Assembly: GCA_964035545.1 (NCBI GenBank)
Contig: OZ037766.1
Location: forward strand, 21,936,767 to 22,000,766
DNA from: Bugula neritina
Taxonomy: Eukaryota; Animalia; Bryozoa
Length of the DNA stretch: 64,000 nucleotides
Direction of reading: 5' to 3'
How positions within the stretch are numbered: position 1 is the first letter of the stretch; each line of letters begins with the position of its first letter. A program made the position numbers and the translations under genes. Below the pieces are notes generated by a model. The model was not told where the DNA came from, searched no databases, and saw only the letters and a program-made list of their open reading frames with translations. This document shows, piece by piece, positions 28,901-41,600 of the stretch.

Positions 28901-30712
28901 TGTTTCACTATAGCTAGATCTAACCTTTACTTTCTTTTGTGCGTTTGGTTAATATATCCTTAATATAGATGTTTAAATAAACTAAATCAAGCTAGAAATA
29001 GGAATAATAATAGCAATACCAACTAATGCATTATCATCACCTAATGCATGCACAATTAAATATTTTGCTTATATATTATTTAATGTGGCAACACATCTTA
29101 CTTAGTAACAATAATGCTATAATATATAATCAATGTTTTTGTACATGTTATAGGACATGGCATTTTGTCAGTTTTACTACAACTTAAGTTGTATAGAATA
29201 ATCATAATATTTGAATATTGCCCTATTCCAAACTTATATAGTAGAAGTAAATAGGTTTTGTTGAGCAAACTAGAAGTTGAATGAAACTAATTAAACCTGT
29301 CTTGTGACATCAAACAAAATGTTGAGATTAAGAGCAGTTTTCACTGCTATGTTAGGTTGCATTGTAAGCAGCATCAGTTTCAGTTACAATACCTTGTTTA
29401 TTACAGAGCTAACTAATCACTCCAATTGTTTTTAATTATAATATTGCACATAATTGCAAGATACAACGTAGGTCATTAGGAAGCGCTATAATGTACCTAT
29501 ACAAATAAATTGCTAGTTAGATGGCATGCTATTTAATACAATTATAGCTGTAGAGTCAATTTTGCCAAATAATAATTATAGATATAAAAAGTTGAATTTG
29601 GAAACTTGACTTTCATAAAATTTATAATTGTATGTCACAAAGCAACACTTACCTTTATGCATATAGTCAATGATAATGTTGTACAGTGTGCAAGAATGTA
29701 GTCAAATGGTTTGTTATTGCAATGTTAACATACAGTATTTATGTTTTGATAATATAGTCATTATAGGTTTTATTATTTAGAGTAGCTTTATGAATTTCCA
29801 CCGCAGAACAGACTATATTATAACTTTATAAACTTTCTTGATTATTATTTATTGATCATTTAAACATCAAGCGCTCAGCTTTATGATGAAGAAATGGAAA
29901 GAGAAACTGTGTCTAATAAAACAAATATAGTAGCTGTGAGAGTCCTAAAACCAAGTCTTTAGGAAACTAAAACAAAATCTAAATTTTAAAGTTTAGAAAT
30001 AAGCAGATTTTGCAAAAGAACGTTTTTAGATTACTTTAAAAAATGTTTAGCCCATAAATAACCATCAACTATTTAAGTAACAACTCATTGGTTGGATTAG
30101 AAGCTCAGGAAAATAATTCAGTAAAGTTTTTTTGTATAAACAAAACATTCATTCAGATTTTCTGAATTGCAAAAACTAAGATTATTGTATTAGTAGTCAA
30201 GTACTACCAAGAAAAGTAAAAAATAAACAAAATTAACTTACCAGCTGTGTGTTTACTCTAGCATTTTTCTTTGGAAAATGCAACTTGAACAATGATTAGA
30301 AACGTAATAAATAATCTTATATACTCTGAACTACCATACTGCTAGTTTTAACAAGAATGCTTTCATTTACTTAATACAATTATTAGCATACGCTATATAT
30401 CTTATGAATACCATACTTTGCATATAGGAGAATAATCCAATCAATTGCTAAAATGGTTCAATCACTTACATTATAAAATAGCTACTAGTAGTTGCTTCCC
30501 CAGTCAGTATGTTCCCATGCAGTAGAATAAAGGTGTGTTTTTCAACTAATTTGCCATTATTTTCATTGAATTTGAAATTTTGTACAAAGTGAATAATTCA
30601 GATCACACTAATGCAATGTTGGTGCTATTATTAATAATTTAACTTTCAGAACACAAACATTATTCAACTGTCATTATGTTCTGTTAGGCTGATCATAGCC
30701 CTTATGCCCTAT

Positions 30713-30776
30713 GGCCTATAGTGTAATGGGTAGCTCAATAGTTTACAAGTTAGAGGTTCGATTCCTGGTGGAAGCA
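30713..30776 (+). pseudogene. Degenerate tRNA-derived sequence (pseudogene or SINE head)
   Basis: A box TAGTGTAATGG and B box GGTTCGATTCC, but too short and with no clean acceptor or anticodon stem. Confidence 0.45.
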
Positions 30777-32601
30777 TATTATGTTTTTGCAAGCTGTTTT
30801 GACCCTGAGTGTTGTGTTGTATTACTCCTATGGAGCTAAGGGACAGGTGGAGATCAAGAACTGACAGAGAAGTGGGGGGGGGGGGTCAGTGAAGCTTTGG
30901 AGAACTTAATAGAATGTGGTGTTGTGACTTTTTAGTAGCCAACACACAGTAAGTTGCTAGTTGGAGGACAGCAGTTCATTTCCCTATGGGAGCAGTTATT
31001 TTACATTTTCAAGCAGCTAAAGGGCATCAATGCTTCAATGACATTCACTAAAGCTACTGTAAGCTAGTAAACATTTTCATCACTGCAGTCTATGCCTAAG
31101 TGAATCGTTTTAGGCATGACTTACTTTAATTAACAATTACAGCAATTCAGAAATATATAAATACAAACAGTTGCAGGAATGGTTACTCATAAATATACAA
31201 TCTATTATTTTGTGTATAAAATGTTTTATAGTGACTACAGAGCTTCTATTTTTTGTAAATACTTACTTGAATTGAAGTGCTCTTACATTTCGAGTTCTAA
31301 TAAATTTCAATGGCATTAGCAAATGGCGATGAGCTATTATAGCACTATTTTTACCATTGTAGTTAAAACAAAACAACTTTAACATTTTAGTTATACTTAA
31401 TCCTTGCTGGCATTAAGTAAGAGAGGGCAACTTCAAGTTACATTGTTCATTGACATGAGCAACTTTTTAGATAACATTTGTAGCACTAGCGACTATAATG
31501 CAACTAGCAGACTATGTGAGCAGATCTAGTTTTGTGCACGTATATAATTTTGACAACGATTCCATTATAAATTAAAGAATTGCTCATGTTGGAATTTTAC
31601 CAACATGATGTATTTGATGCATACCGGTCACTTGGCTTTGAGCTTATAGAATGAGTGTTTTATAGCCATATTATCGTCAAAATTCTCTCATTGAAACAAA
31701 TTATAGTATCAATTTAATTTAGGTGTGTATCACAGGCCTGTTAATTATTATGAGCTTTGTTATAAATAAAATTAATATGGCATCTAAGTAAATTTAATTT
31801 TAGAAAGTATTTAAATTCTAAAAGGTACTTGCAATTAGTATTGCGTAGAGACCTATCACAACAACATGACAGTTATGGACTAAATTTGAATGAGTAAATA
31901 GAAAATTTACAATATATCATTTTCAATCACAATGGCTACATGGTTCAAAAAAGATTTTTATTATTCTAAAAATAAATTATTGTGTACAATATACACCTAA
32001 ACCAAAATAATAAAATCAATTGTTTTTAACATGCATAGGACTCTACTGTTTTTGATTATATAAAGCGTTGATATGATTTTGTTGTGTCACATTGCTGTTG
32101 TTCACAGTCAAACTAGGATAGCCGCTTGGTCCTGTCACACCCTGCAACATGAACAGTAATAATACAAATTGCTTCTTCACAGGTACATATTGTTATTTAT
32201 AGACACAACGGCTAGAACATAAGATCTCCTTCCTATGTAAATCATTTTAAAACCTAAACTGATGAGACACAGTGACCCATAGCGCTGCAGGCACACCTAC
32301 AGTGCAGCAACACAATCCTAGCTTCTCCCACACCTTATTAGCCTATATTAAAACATTTCACACACCACAAAGTACAAACACTATTTTACAAAACAATAAT
32401 TCTATTTTAGCCACATAAGTTTCGCTAGCATCACACAAATCAATTAACAAAATATATGAACTCTGCCCACAACTCCCAGAGCCAGTAATAGCCAATTCCA
32501 ACCCTGATTTCTTCACCCCTTCGACAATATATTCCTCACACCATGTAGTTTGAAAATTTCTAAAGCATGGCAAACTTTTTATAGAACTTACTTTTCTAAA
32601 T

Positions 32602-35600
32602 TTAATTCTGATGTAATGTATAATTATAAATTACCGAGTATGGTAGTTGCTGAGGCACCATCATCAAAGAACTGTTATAGGCTTGCAGTGCAGCGTAACT
32701 TCTTGCACTAGCCGTCATATTTGAAACAGCAGAAGGATTGTGGGGGGCAAATGGTGGCCTTTCTAAAACTCTCTGTGACATGTGACCAGTTGCAACAGGG
32801 GGTTGTCTCCCCGAAGTTCTCTGTGAATCATAGTTATACCCTTGTCTAGCAGATCTCTTCTGTGGCTGCTGGTACATGCTCTTTGAATACCCCGGATCTC
32901 TTTGGTTCTGGTAACCAGACCCATGTGGCTGATAACCATACTGATGATCAGCTCTATAGAATGCATGACCTCTATACCCATCTCCATATGATTGGTTGTT
33001 ATATCTAGGCTTGTTTGGCAATTGGCTATCCTTGGCTCTGTTCTTTGATTGGTTACCATTTCCTTGGTTCTTTAGCATACGACCCACTGTAAAGAAAAAC
33101 TGATAGCTAACCAACACTTTTAAAAGTCAATGCTAGTGCCCTTAAAATGATAAAACACAGCAAAATATATTTTCTTTTTTTCTCATATCTCAAAAAGAAT
33201 TTTGACTCTATCTAAATAACGTACATGTTTTGTACAGAAAACTGAAAAAAAATCACAAAACAAACAAGAACAGAATTGTCAACTTGAGTTTATACATGTC
33301 ACATGAATGTTACCACTTTTTTATGTAAAGATAGCGATTTTAGTTTAATTCTGCCTTAGATTCAAAGATCTAAAAGCATTAGTTTAGGGAATATGTTGCA
33401 CTATAGTGTAGAGCAGTTATGTTTATTTTTTTATGTATTACATGCATTCTGTCAAATACTTATGCTAGAGCGTATTTGAATACAGTTTTATTAACTTGCT
33501 CTGAAGGTAGTAGAATGCCTTGTTGATATGTTAGCATTAAATAAAAACATCAATTAGAATATATGCTTTTAGTGCTACATTTTATTATTACACGTACATA
33601 CTTAGACTTTCATAAATATTATTATTCAAATTTAACAAATAGCTGGCATTTTAAAAATGTCGGTCCAGTAAAGCATGAGTGACAAGATGTTCAAAGTAAT
33701 ATTTCAATGTAGTTCCATATTTGATAACATTTCCGATATTTAATAAAATCGTCAACAATTTAAATCTTTATAAAGCATGAAACAAATTCATGTAAAGAAT
33801 TTTCACACAACTTACTGTATATTATTTCTTTATATTAAAAATAAACAATGGGTAGCTTATACTGTATATATACCACCAACAGGTGAGAAAAGGTGAAAAA
33901 TCTATTAACCGTATCAATCACCGGTGTGTAATTGCACAGTAGAATATTACATTATCTGTTTTTGGCTTTATTCTTAGTGTACAGTTTTTTTGCACTAGAC
34001 TGGGCTTACGGACTACACTTCATCTAGGTCAAGGTTTATGGCCATATCATTTATGGCCATATGTCCATATTGCTAATACCATTGTAAAACTAGAATGGCT
34101 CAGTTTAAACTCAGCTATATAGCACGCTATTTCACCAAGTACTGCTAGAGGTTAAGCTGCTGCATAAAAGAACACTCTTTATTTAAAGCTATTTATACAG
34201 ATAGCTATGCTAAAGATCCCTCCCCATATAAGAAGCAGATGGTGAATACCTACACTTAGTTATTAATCGGTAAGACGCCTGCTAGTCATAGACTCACAAG
34301 GTAGTTATTTTATATTCAAGTTTTGTTCTTTTGATATAATTTATACTGTTGTAGCTTCAATGTAATAGTTAATGATATTGTTTGTATTATGTTTCTTGTA
34401 TTATGCTTCTTGTATTAATGTCATTTATTCACATACAATATGGTTGATTGTACGAGTAAGGTTGGCAAAGGTTGTTGAATGTTGCAATAAAGAAAAAGTT
34501 CAACCTGTGCCTAGTAGTGTGTTTGGTTAAATGAGCAAAGACTCTTATATTACCAGAAGCAGCAACTGGTCATAAGTCTTAAGGATGTGAAGTAAAACTT
34601 CATACTTAATAATTTTAATTCTCTGTTTTTTATTTCTCAATCCATCTCATCTCCAAAATAGAGAGACACAATTTGAAACCAGCAACAAATAATGTAATTT
34701 CGAGATGGCACTAGAATTTTGTCGAAATGTTTTGTAAAATCTTTGGTGCATAGTTTAACTACCCCAATAGGACAGAGCAAAGATAGGTGAGGATAGCTAA
34801 TCAAAAAATACTCTACAAATATTACTGTATACATGGTAGACACCCTATACAATATAGTGCTGATAGATTAGGTAGAGTGGAGGATATAAATAAGTATGTA
34901 TACAACTACTCACGCTGTTTCTCCACCCGCGCTGCTTTCATATCCTCAGCTTGTCTCATTTCCAATAATTTCCTGTATAATACAACAATCTACATGAAAT
35001 AAACATTAAACTAAGCATAGAGAGCAATTAAATCATTAAACTGCATCTGCATTATTGGTAACGAGTAATTCTACTTTATACATACTCTACACATCAGCAA
35101 ATTATGACCAAACATAGAATTTTGCTCAAAATTCATGAAAATTTCCTACATGGGGTAACTGTATGTACTGATTCTAATTGTGCATAGCAAAAAAGGCTGG
35201 GGGGGGGGGTCCTGCAAAATTAAATCGTAACATCCTTGTCATATGAGCTAAATATATATTTTCAGATTGTTTTTTTCATATCCCAATCAACTAAAAATTT
35301 AGAAAAAAAAACAGGGAAATCAAGCAAATTGTATTTGTTAATATTTTGTTAGCTTGAGGTAAAATTTATATAAATTAGCAGCTAAATTGTGAAAAATAGC
35401 TAAAAAAAACTAGAAATGCCGAGTGTGTACTAAGTTAAGTAAAATGGTCCTTATACCTTTCTCCTACAAAAGCACACGTAAAAATGATTTATGTCCGGAC
35501 AAAATAAATTAATGCATCAAATACTTTATTTTTTATTTTTAAACCAACAAAACTAAACAAATTCCAAAAACTTTTCAACAAATTAGACTAATGCACCAGT

Positions 35601-38600
35601 GGTTGGTCAGAAGAACAAAACTAACAGTCATCTGTGTGTGCATGCTTACTGTTGGCGGTCATTCGCCACTGCCTTTCGCCTTTCCTTTGAGGCTGCCTTT
35701 TCAGGGCAAGCTAGTGCGAAATGTCCCTTTTGGTTACAGATGTGACACGTCTTGGCTTTGTATGTCTGGGGCGCTTTCTCGCCACCACCACTGGGCAGGT
35801 CTTTGTGTCTGAAGAAGTAGTTGTACACTGTGGGCCGGGATGATGCCGGCATCGAATTTCGAGTCTCAACTGATGCATGAAAAGCAGTTCTGGCTTTCAC
35901 AAATGTGCTTAGAATGTAGGAGTTCACTGTAGGATAAAATGAGATACTAAGTATAACAAACACCATGCAGCTCATCATATAGAAATTGTCACCAGTTGTA
36001 AGGCTTGGTTTATTTCATGTTCAAGATTCTATAATCTTATATGTTAGTTTAAAGGCAGTATTCCTAAACATTGCAAGAACTTACAAGCTAAATATTAACC
36101 ACATTAATCATTTTCAGTTTCACAAGCAGCTTTTAAATTTACTGTTACCTAATAACACAAGGCTGGTTGACATTTACTGTGACCTAATAACACAACGCTG
36201 GTTGACATCTACTGTGACCTAATAACACAAGGCTGGTTGACATTTACTGTGACCTAATAACACAAGGCTGGTTGACATCTACTATAATCTAATAATACAA
36301 CGCTGGTTGACATTTACTGTGACCTAATAATACAAGGCTGGTTGACATACTTCTTTTAGTTAAGGCTCCACCCAGGTTACGTTTCAAATCAAATGGATCC
36401 TCCACAGCTAAGGTGTCCGAGTTCCACAGCTTCTCAAATTTTGACATTTTTTCCAACTGTCGTATACTCACTACATTCGTTTTAAAGTCAAACTTTTGTG
36501 CATAGAAATCAAAAAAGCCGAGCCACAGCTGCGACACTGAGCTCTCGTTCTTTCCAAACCCTTCCCAATCTTTTTTCTACAAGTCGGCATAGAACACTAA
36601 ACTGGCTCTCAATAGCAACTATTAACTATGCAAGAAACAACAAGTAGCCTATGTATGCCAATTCACTTGAATTCTCATACTTTTACTTAACATAACCAAT
36701 TTCCCAAATCATTCATCTCAAACAACCAATAGTTATTCTGGGAATAAATGTGTTATTTAGATTAAAAATACAATACAGAGCTTAACTTTTGTTTTATTCC
36801 ACAATAAATTAGAGCTTATATAAAAGTACTCTACACTTAAAATGTGCTAAATAATATATACTACCTAATAATATAAAATAATACATGAATTTACTGTATA
36901 TTAATATCAATTAATACATAATATATGCTATATACTAATAATTCCAAATAACACATAATATATTATACTATATACTAATAATTCCAAATAACACATAATA
37001 TATACTATATATAAATTATATGATTTATTATATATAAATAATATCATATTTTATATATAAATAATGGCATATACTATAAAAAAACTAACAAAAGTTTATA
37101 GTCGCTATCCCTGTGAGAAACCCCTGAACGAAAGGGTTTTTGCTAAGGACTTATTTAAATGAGGCACAGGAGCAATTATGACTGGATGCTCTTCCTAACA
37201 TCACAAATGGCCTTTGCCCGGGCTCGAACCCATGACCCTGTGTTTAATAGGCAAACGCTCTAAGGGCTGTTCCCTAATGGCATATACTATATATAAATAA
37301 TACATAAAATATACTATAGAATGTCAAATAGTACAGATTTACTAACCAGCTGTTCATTGTTTTCAGAGTAGAACCAAGTATTCCAGTCTTCAACTATTAT
37401 TTCAGGGCTGACATCACCTTGGTACAGCTAGAAATATAATATTGTCTTATTGTTTAATTATAATCAACTATACAACGTATCTAATGTAAATCTAATAAGC
37501 TGTATGCACATTATGAGACTGATGTTATAACAAGTTATTATATATAAATAAATATTTTTAGCATGAAACTATGAATGCTATAAAATGATCTTTTTTAATA
37601 TAAATGTGTGACTTAATGCAGGCTAAAATATATGAAGTATACAATACAATAAAATAACTCCAGTTACTATCAGCATTAACCCGCAATACAAATACGAAAT
37701 AAAAATAGCTCAAGGTCATGCCAATAGCTTGAGATTATATAAATAGAACATTAGTGTATATCAGTCACAGTTAGAAGAAAATAGGTAACTTAAATTTACA
37801 CCAATAGTCCGAGTCCATCATTACCACTAGCCTGAAACCACACCAACAGGTAAAGTACATATTAATGACCTATATACCTGCTGTAAAACAGGAAGAACTG
37901 GCGGGTCACACTGCTGCAGGTAGTATATCATCATAATAACGTAAGTGTAAGAAGACAGGCTACCTTTAGAGGCGTCTCCTATACCGCAATTCTGAAACAT
38001 ATTGAAACTATGCTATTTTTTCATCTAAGAACTTCCTTACATAATGCTGACATAAAAATAAAAAGCATATAATCTAAATGTAAATAATGAATAATATTTG
38101 ATATGATTTTAATAACGTGGCTGATGACTTTGAAAGCTGTATTTGAAATTTCCAATATGTTCTTTGAAGGTTTTAGGCATATTGAATGCTTTTCTAATTA
38201 GACAACCCACATTAGTAAATAATGTAAAACTAAGTGATAACGAGTTGATTTCCAACTTTATAAACCACGTTTCTTATTTTATTTACATTAAAAATCTTGG
38301 CCAAGATAAATTATACATTTAAAAAAGTCAAGTTACTTTGCTGTGTTGTAATAAATATAATATCAATTTGATAACAACGACTAGAGAAATGAAACATTGT
38401 ACCAACTGCAGGTTTAAAGGAAATGATCTATAATACAGAATTCATACACACCTTAACAAACTCTTTGGCAGCATAGCCCAAAGTTCTAACTCGCTCGTCT
38501 ATTTGTGAGTATCGATAGAGCATCTTAGTGTTCCTCTGTGCCAGCACATTATAGAGACTGAGGTCTGTCTCCAGCCTATACTTCAAACTGCTGAATTTAA

Positions 38601-41600
38601 CTATTGGCACCTGATTCCAACACAACACAATGTTACTATTTGAAATGCTGACAATTCACTAACAGCAAGGATGTGGTTACTATGGTTACTAGTTTAACTG
38701 GATGGGCAAACAAGTGAATGAAACTTCTAAGTTATAGTAGAATAGGCTCTGATACAATTAAACATTCAAACCATTTTAAAATGTATGGTGAGTAGACTAT
38801 ATATGAGTGCCAACAAGCAGGCTATTGAAAAGAGCCGTGGAACAAGTTTCTCACACCTCATGATAAACGTTAAAGGTTACAATTTGAACAATAAAATGAT
38901 GCTAAAAATACGAACATCAAAAATATTATGTACAAAAACAGAAACATATCTTCATAGAACCTATAATCATCTACAGTCTACACCTTAACATGGGGCTAGC
39001 ATAAAATATGGCGGCTAGCAAACTAAAGTTCTAAAACAATATATTTGTATACATTGAAAACAACAAACTCAGTAAATATTATGTAATAATAAGAAATAGA
39101 CATACTTTTGCAAAAAGCAAAGGGTTGATATCTGTTAGATGATCTACAGAGTATAACAACTTTGACACCTTCCTTATTACTTGCCGCGTGTCCTCAGGCT
39201 ACAAAAATGCAACACGATATCTGCAGCATGATATCTGTAACTCGATATCTGTAACACTGCAACACGCAAAATAGCAAAAACAACATGGTTTGTTAGCACC
39301 ATTAGCAATGTTTCTGAAATGGTAAAAATACAGCAACGTAACAACACAAAGCAAATGGAAAAACCTGCTATTATAGGACTTCCATGTAGCAATCATTAAA
39401 ACAACTTAAATTATAAACAGATCATAAAAGCATACTATCTATCTAGTAGTTGAAATGTATAATTTCTATTGAAAACTGTTTTAACGGGTATTTTTGTATA
39501 CGCCACACACGCATATATTTGTTCACTTACACATGTCGGTTCCCAATCGTCTGTGAAAGTCATGCAGATATCAAGGTCACTACTTCCTGTGCCAAAACCA
39601 TTACGAGAGGACCCATACAATTCCAACTTGGCATCTAAAAGATAATCATCACTATTTATGATAGTAGTAAAGCTATCCGGACAAAATTGTAATTATAAGC
39701 AATGATATCCAATGTTTAGTTTAGAAATGTTCAATCAACAAAATGAAGTAAGGTAACATACACAGTATACTGTAATCTTATTATGCAATATTGAAATGTT
39801 ATGAACAGCAATTATATATTGTGCACCATAAAGAATTATATATAATAAATAATTATATATAATTTAAAGCAGTGTAATACAGTTAGTCATTAAAGAGATT
39901 GACTGATGGAGCGTATACTTGCCTCTATACTGCCTTCGAATGCAACTTAAAATCTCATTCACATATTCATCTCTCAACTGACTGTCTTCGGGCAACAGCT
40001 CGGTTTGTTCTGAAAATACAGGAGACACAATTACCAATGCTGACATTATATTTTATACTTTATTATATATTCTAATTTCAACAGAGACAATATTGAAAAC
40101 TAATTTCAGAATGTCCCTTTACAAAACATATCAAGCTATTTAAAAAAGTGGTTTGAAAAAACCTCCGTTACTGTTATATAATTTGTGCACTTTGCATTCA
40201 TAATTCCAAACAACCAAGTTAAATGTCTACCTTTAATATTCACTAGCAGCTGACTCAATACAATGTGATGTTCGGCTGAAGGAGGAGGAAGGGGAACACA
40301 AGGTGGAAGTTGCTCCTCGGGACAATCCCTTGCTATGTGGTTCGCTTTATCACATTGCCGGCAAAATATGGGCAACTTCTGTGCAGCAAGTCCAAACTAC
40401 GGGCAGTGTAAATGTTCATTTAGTCACTAAATTTTAGTGCATAGGACATCATATTACATCACAGTAGTACATCAAATTGTTAACTATGCAAACTTGCTTA
40501 TTCAGTGTATAAGAGGCAACACAATTTACCTAGCCGAACACCAATACGACTTCACTTGCTATACATACGCGTTTCTGTCATAATGCACGGAATTTTTCAC
40601 AAGAAAGTGTAGTATACATACATGTCTGTCACAAGAAAGTGTAGTATACATACATGTCTGTCACAAGAAAGTGTAGTATACATACATGTCTGTCACAAGA
40701 AAGTGTAGTATACATACGTGTCTGTCACAGGAAAGTTTAGTATACATACGTGTCTGTCACAGGAAAGTGTAGTATACATACGTCTCTGTCACAGGAAAGT
40801 GTAGTATACATACGTCTCTGTCACAGGAAAGTTTAGTATACATACGTGTCTGTCACAGGAAAGTGTAGTATACATACATGTCTGTCACAGGAAATTGTAG
40901 TATACATACGTGTTTAGAGCAGAAATCAAAGTGATAATCTTCAACACCCATCTGGTCGACTTTCTCCTTTCTGTACAGCAAAGTCTCGTTGATAACAGCA
41001 GATTTACTTGCAGATGGCACCATTTCTGGACTGTTGCCAGTCTTTGCATCTGGTTGTTTAAAAGTCTCTGAGGATGCCTCTGCTTCTGCAGATGCCTTTA
41101 TTTCTGCGGGTGTCTCGATTTCTGCAGGTGCCTTTGCTTCCACAGGTGTCTCCGTTTCTGCATGTGTCTCAATTTCTGCAGATGTTGATGCTTCTGCAGG
41201 TGCATCTGTTTCTAAAAGAGAACATGACTCCATAGCAGTGACAATGTCTGTAGGAGTGTTTGTCTTTGCCATGTCTGCTCAACTATTCAAAAACAGGTGT
41301 AGTCACAATTTAAAGAAGACAAGAAACCATATAAATTATGCACGTGATTTGTTTGCTTTAAAGAACAAAATTTAAAGAAACTGCTTTCAAAAGATAGAAG
41401 CCAAGAAACAGCTGTGCAAAAAGCCTTTGATCTTGTCACTGACAGCCCTTATTGAGAATACAACACAGTATGTGCTACACAAACATGTCAATTATCTACC
41501 CTCAAATAGATATGCAATATTTGTTCTATTCTAGATGTGTTCAAATATGGAAAAATTAGGGGGGGGGTAACATATATCAAGGGATGTAAAGTTGTGTGCA

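Noticed and set aside
30713-30776. Functional tRNA gene
   Set aside because: A and B boxes are present but I could not build a cloverleaf and the sequence is too short
36147-40913. 35-bp and 32-bp tandem arrays as CRISPR arrays
   Set aside because: No unique spacers, no cas genes, and they lie in eukaryotic introns
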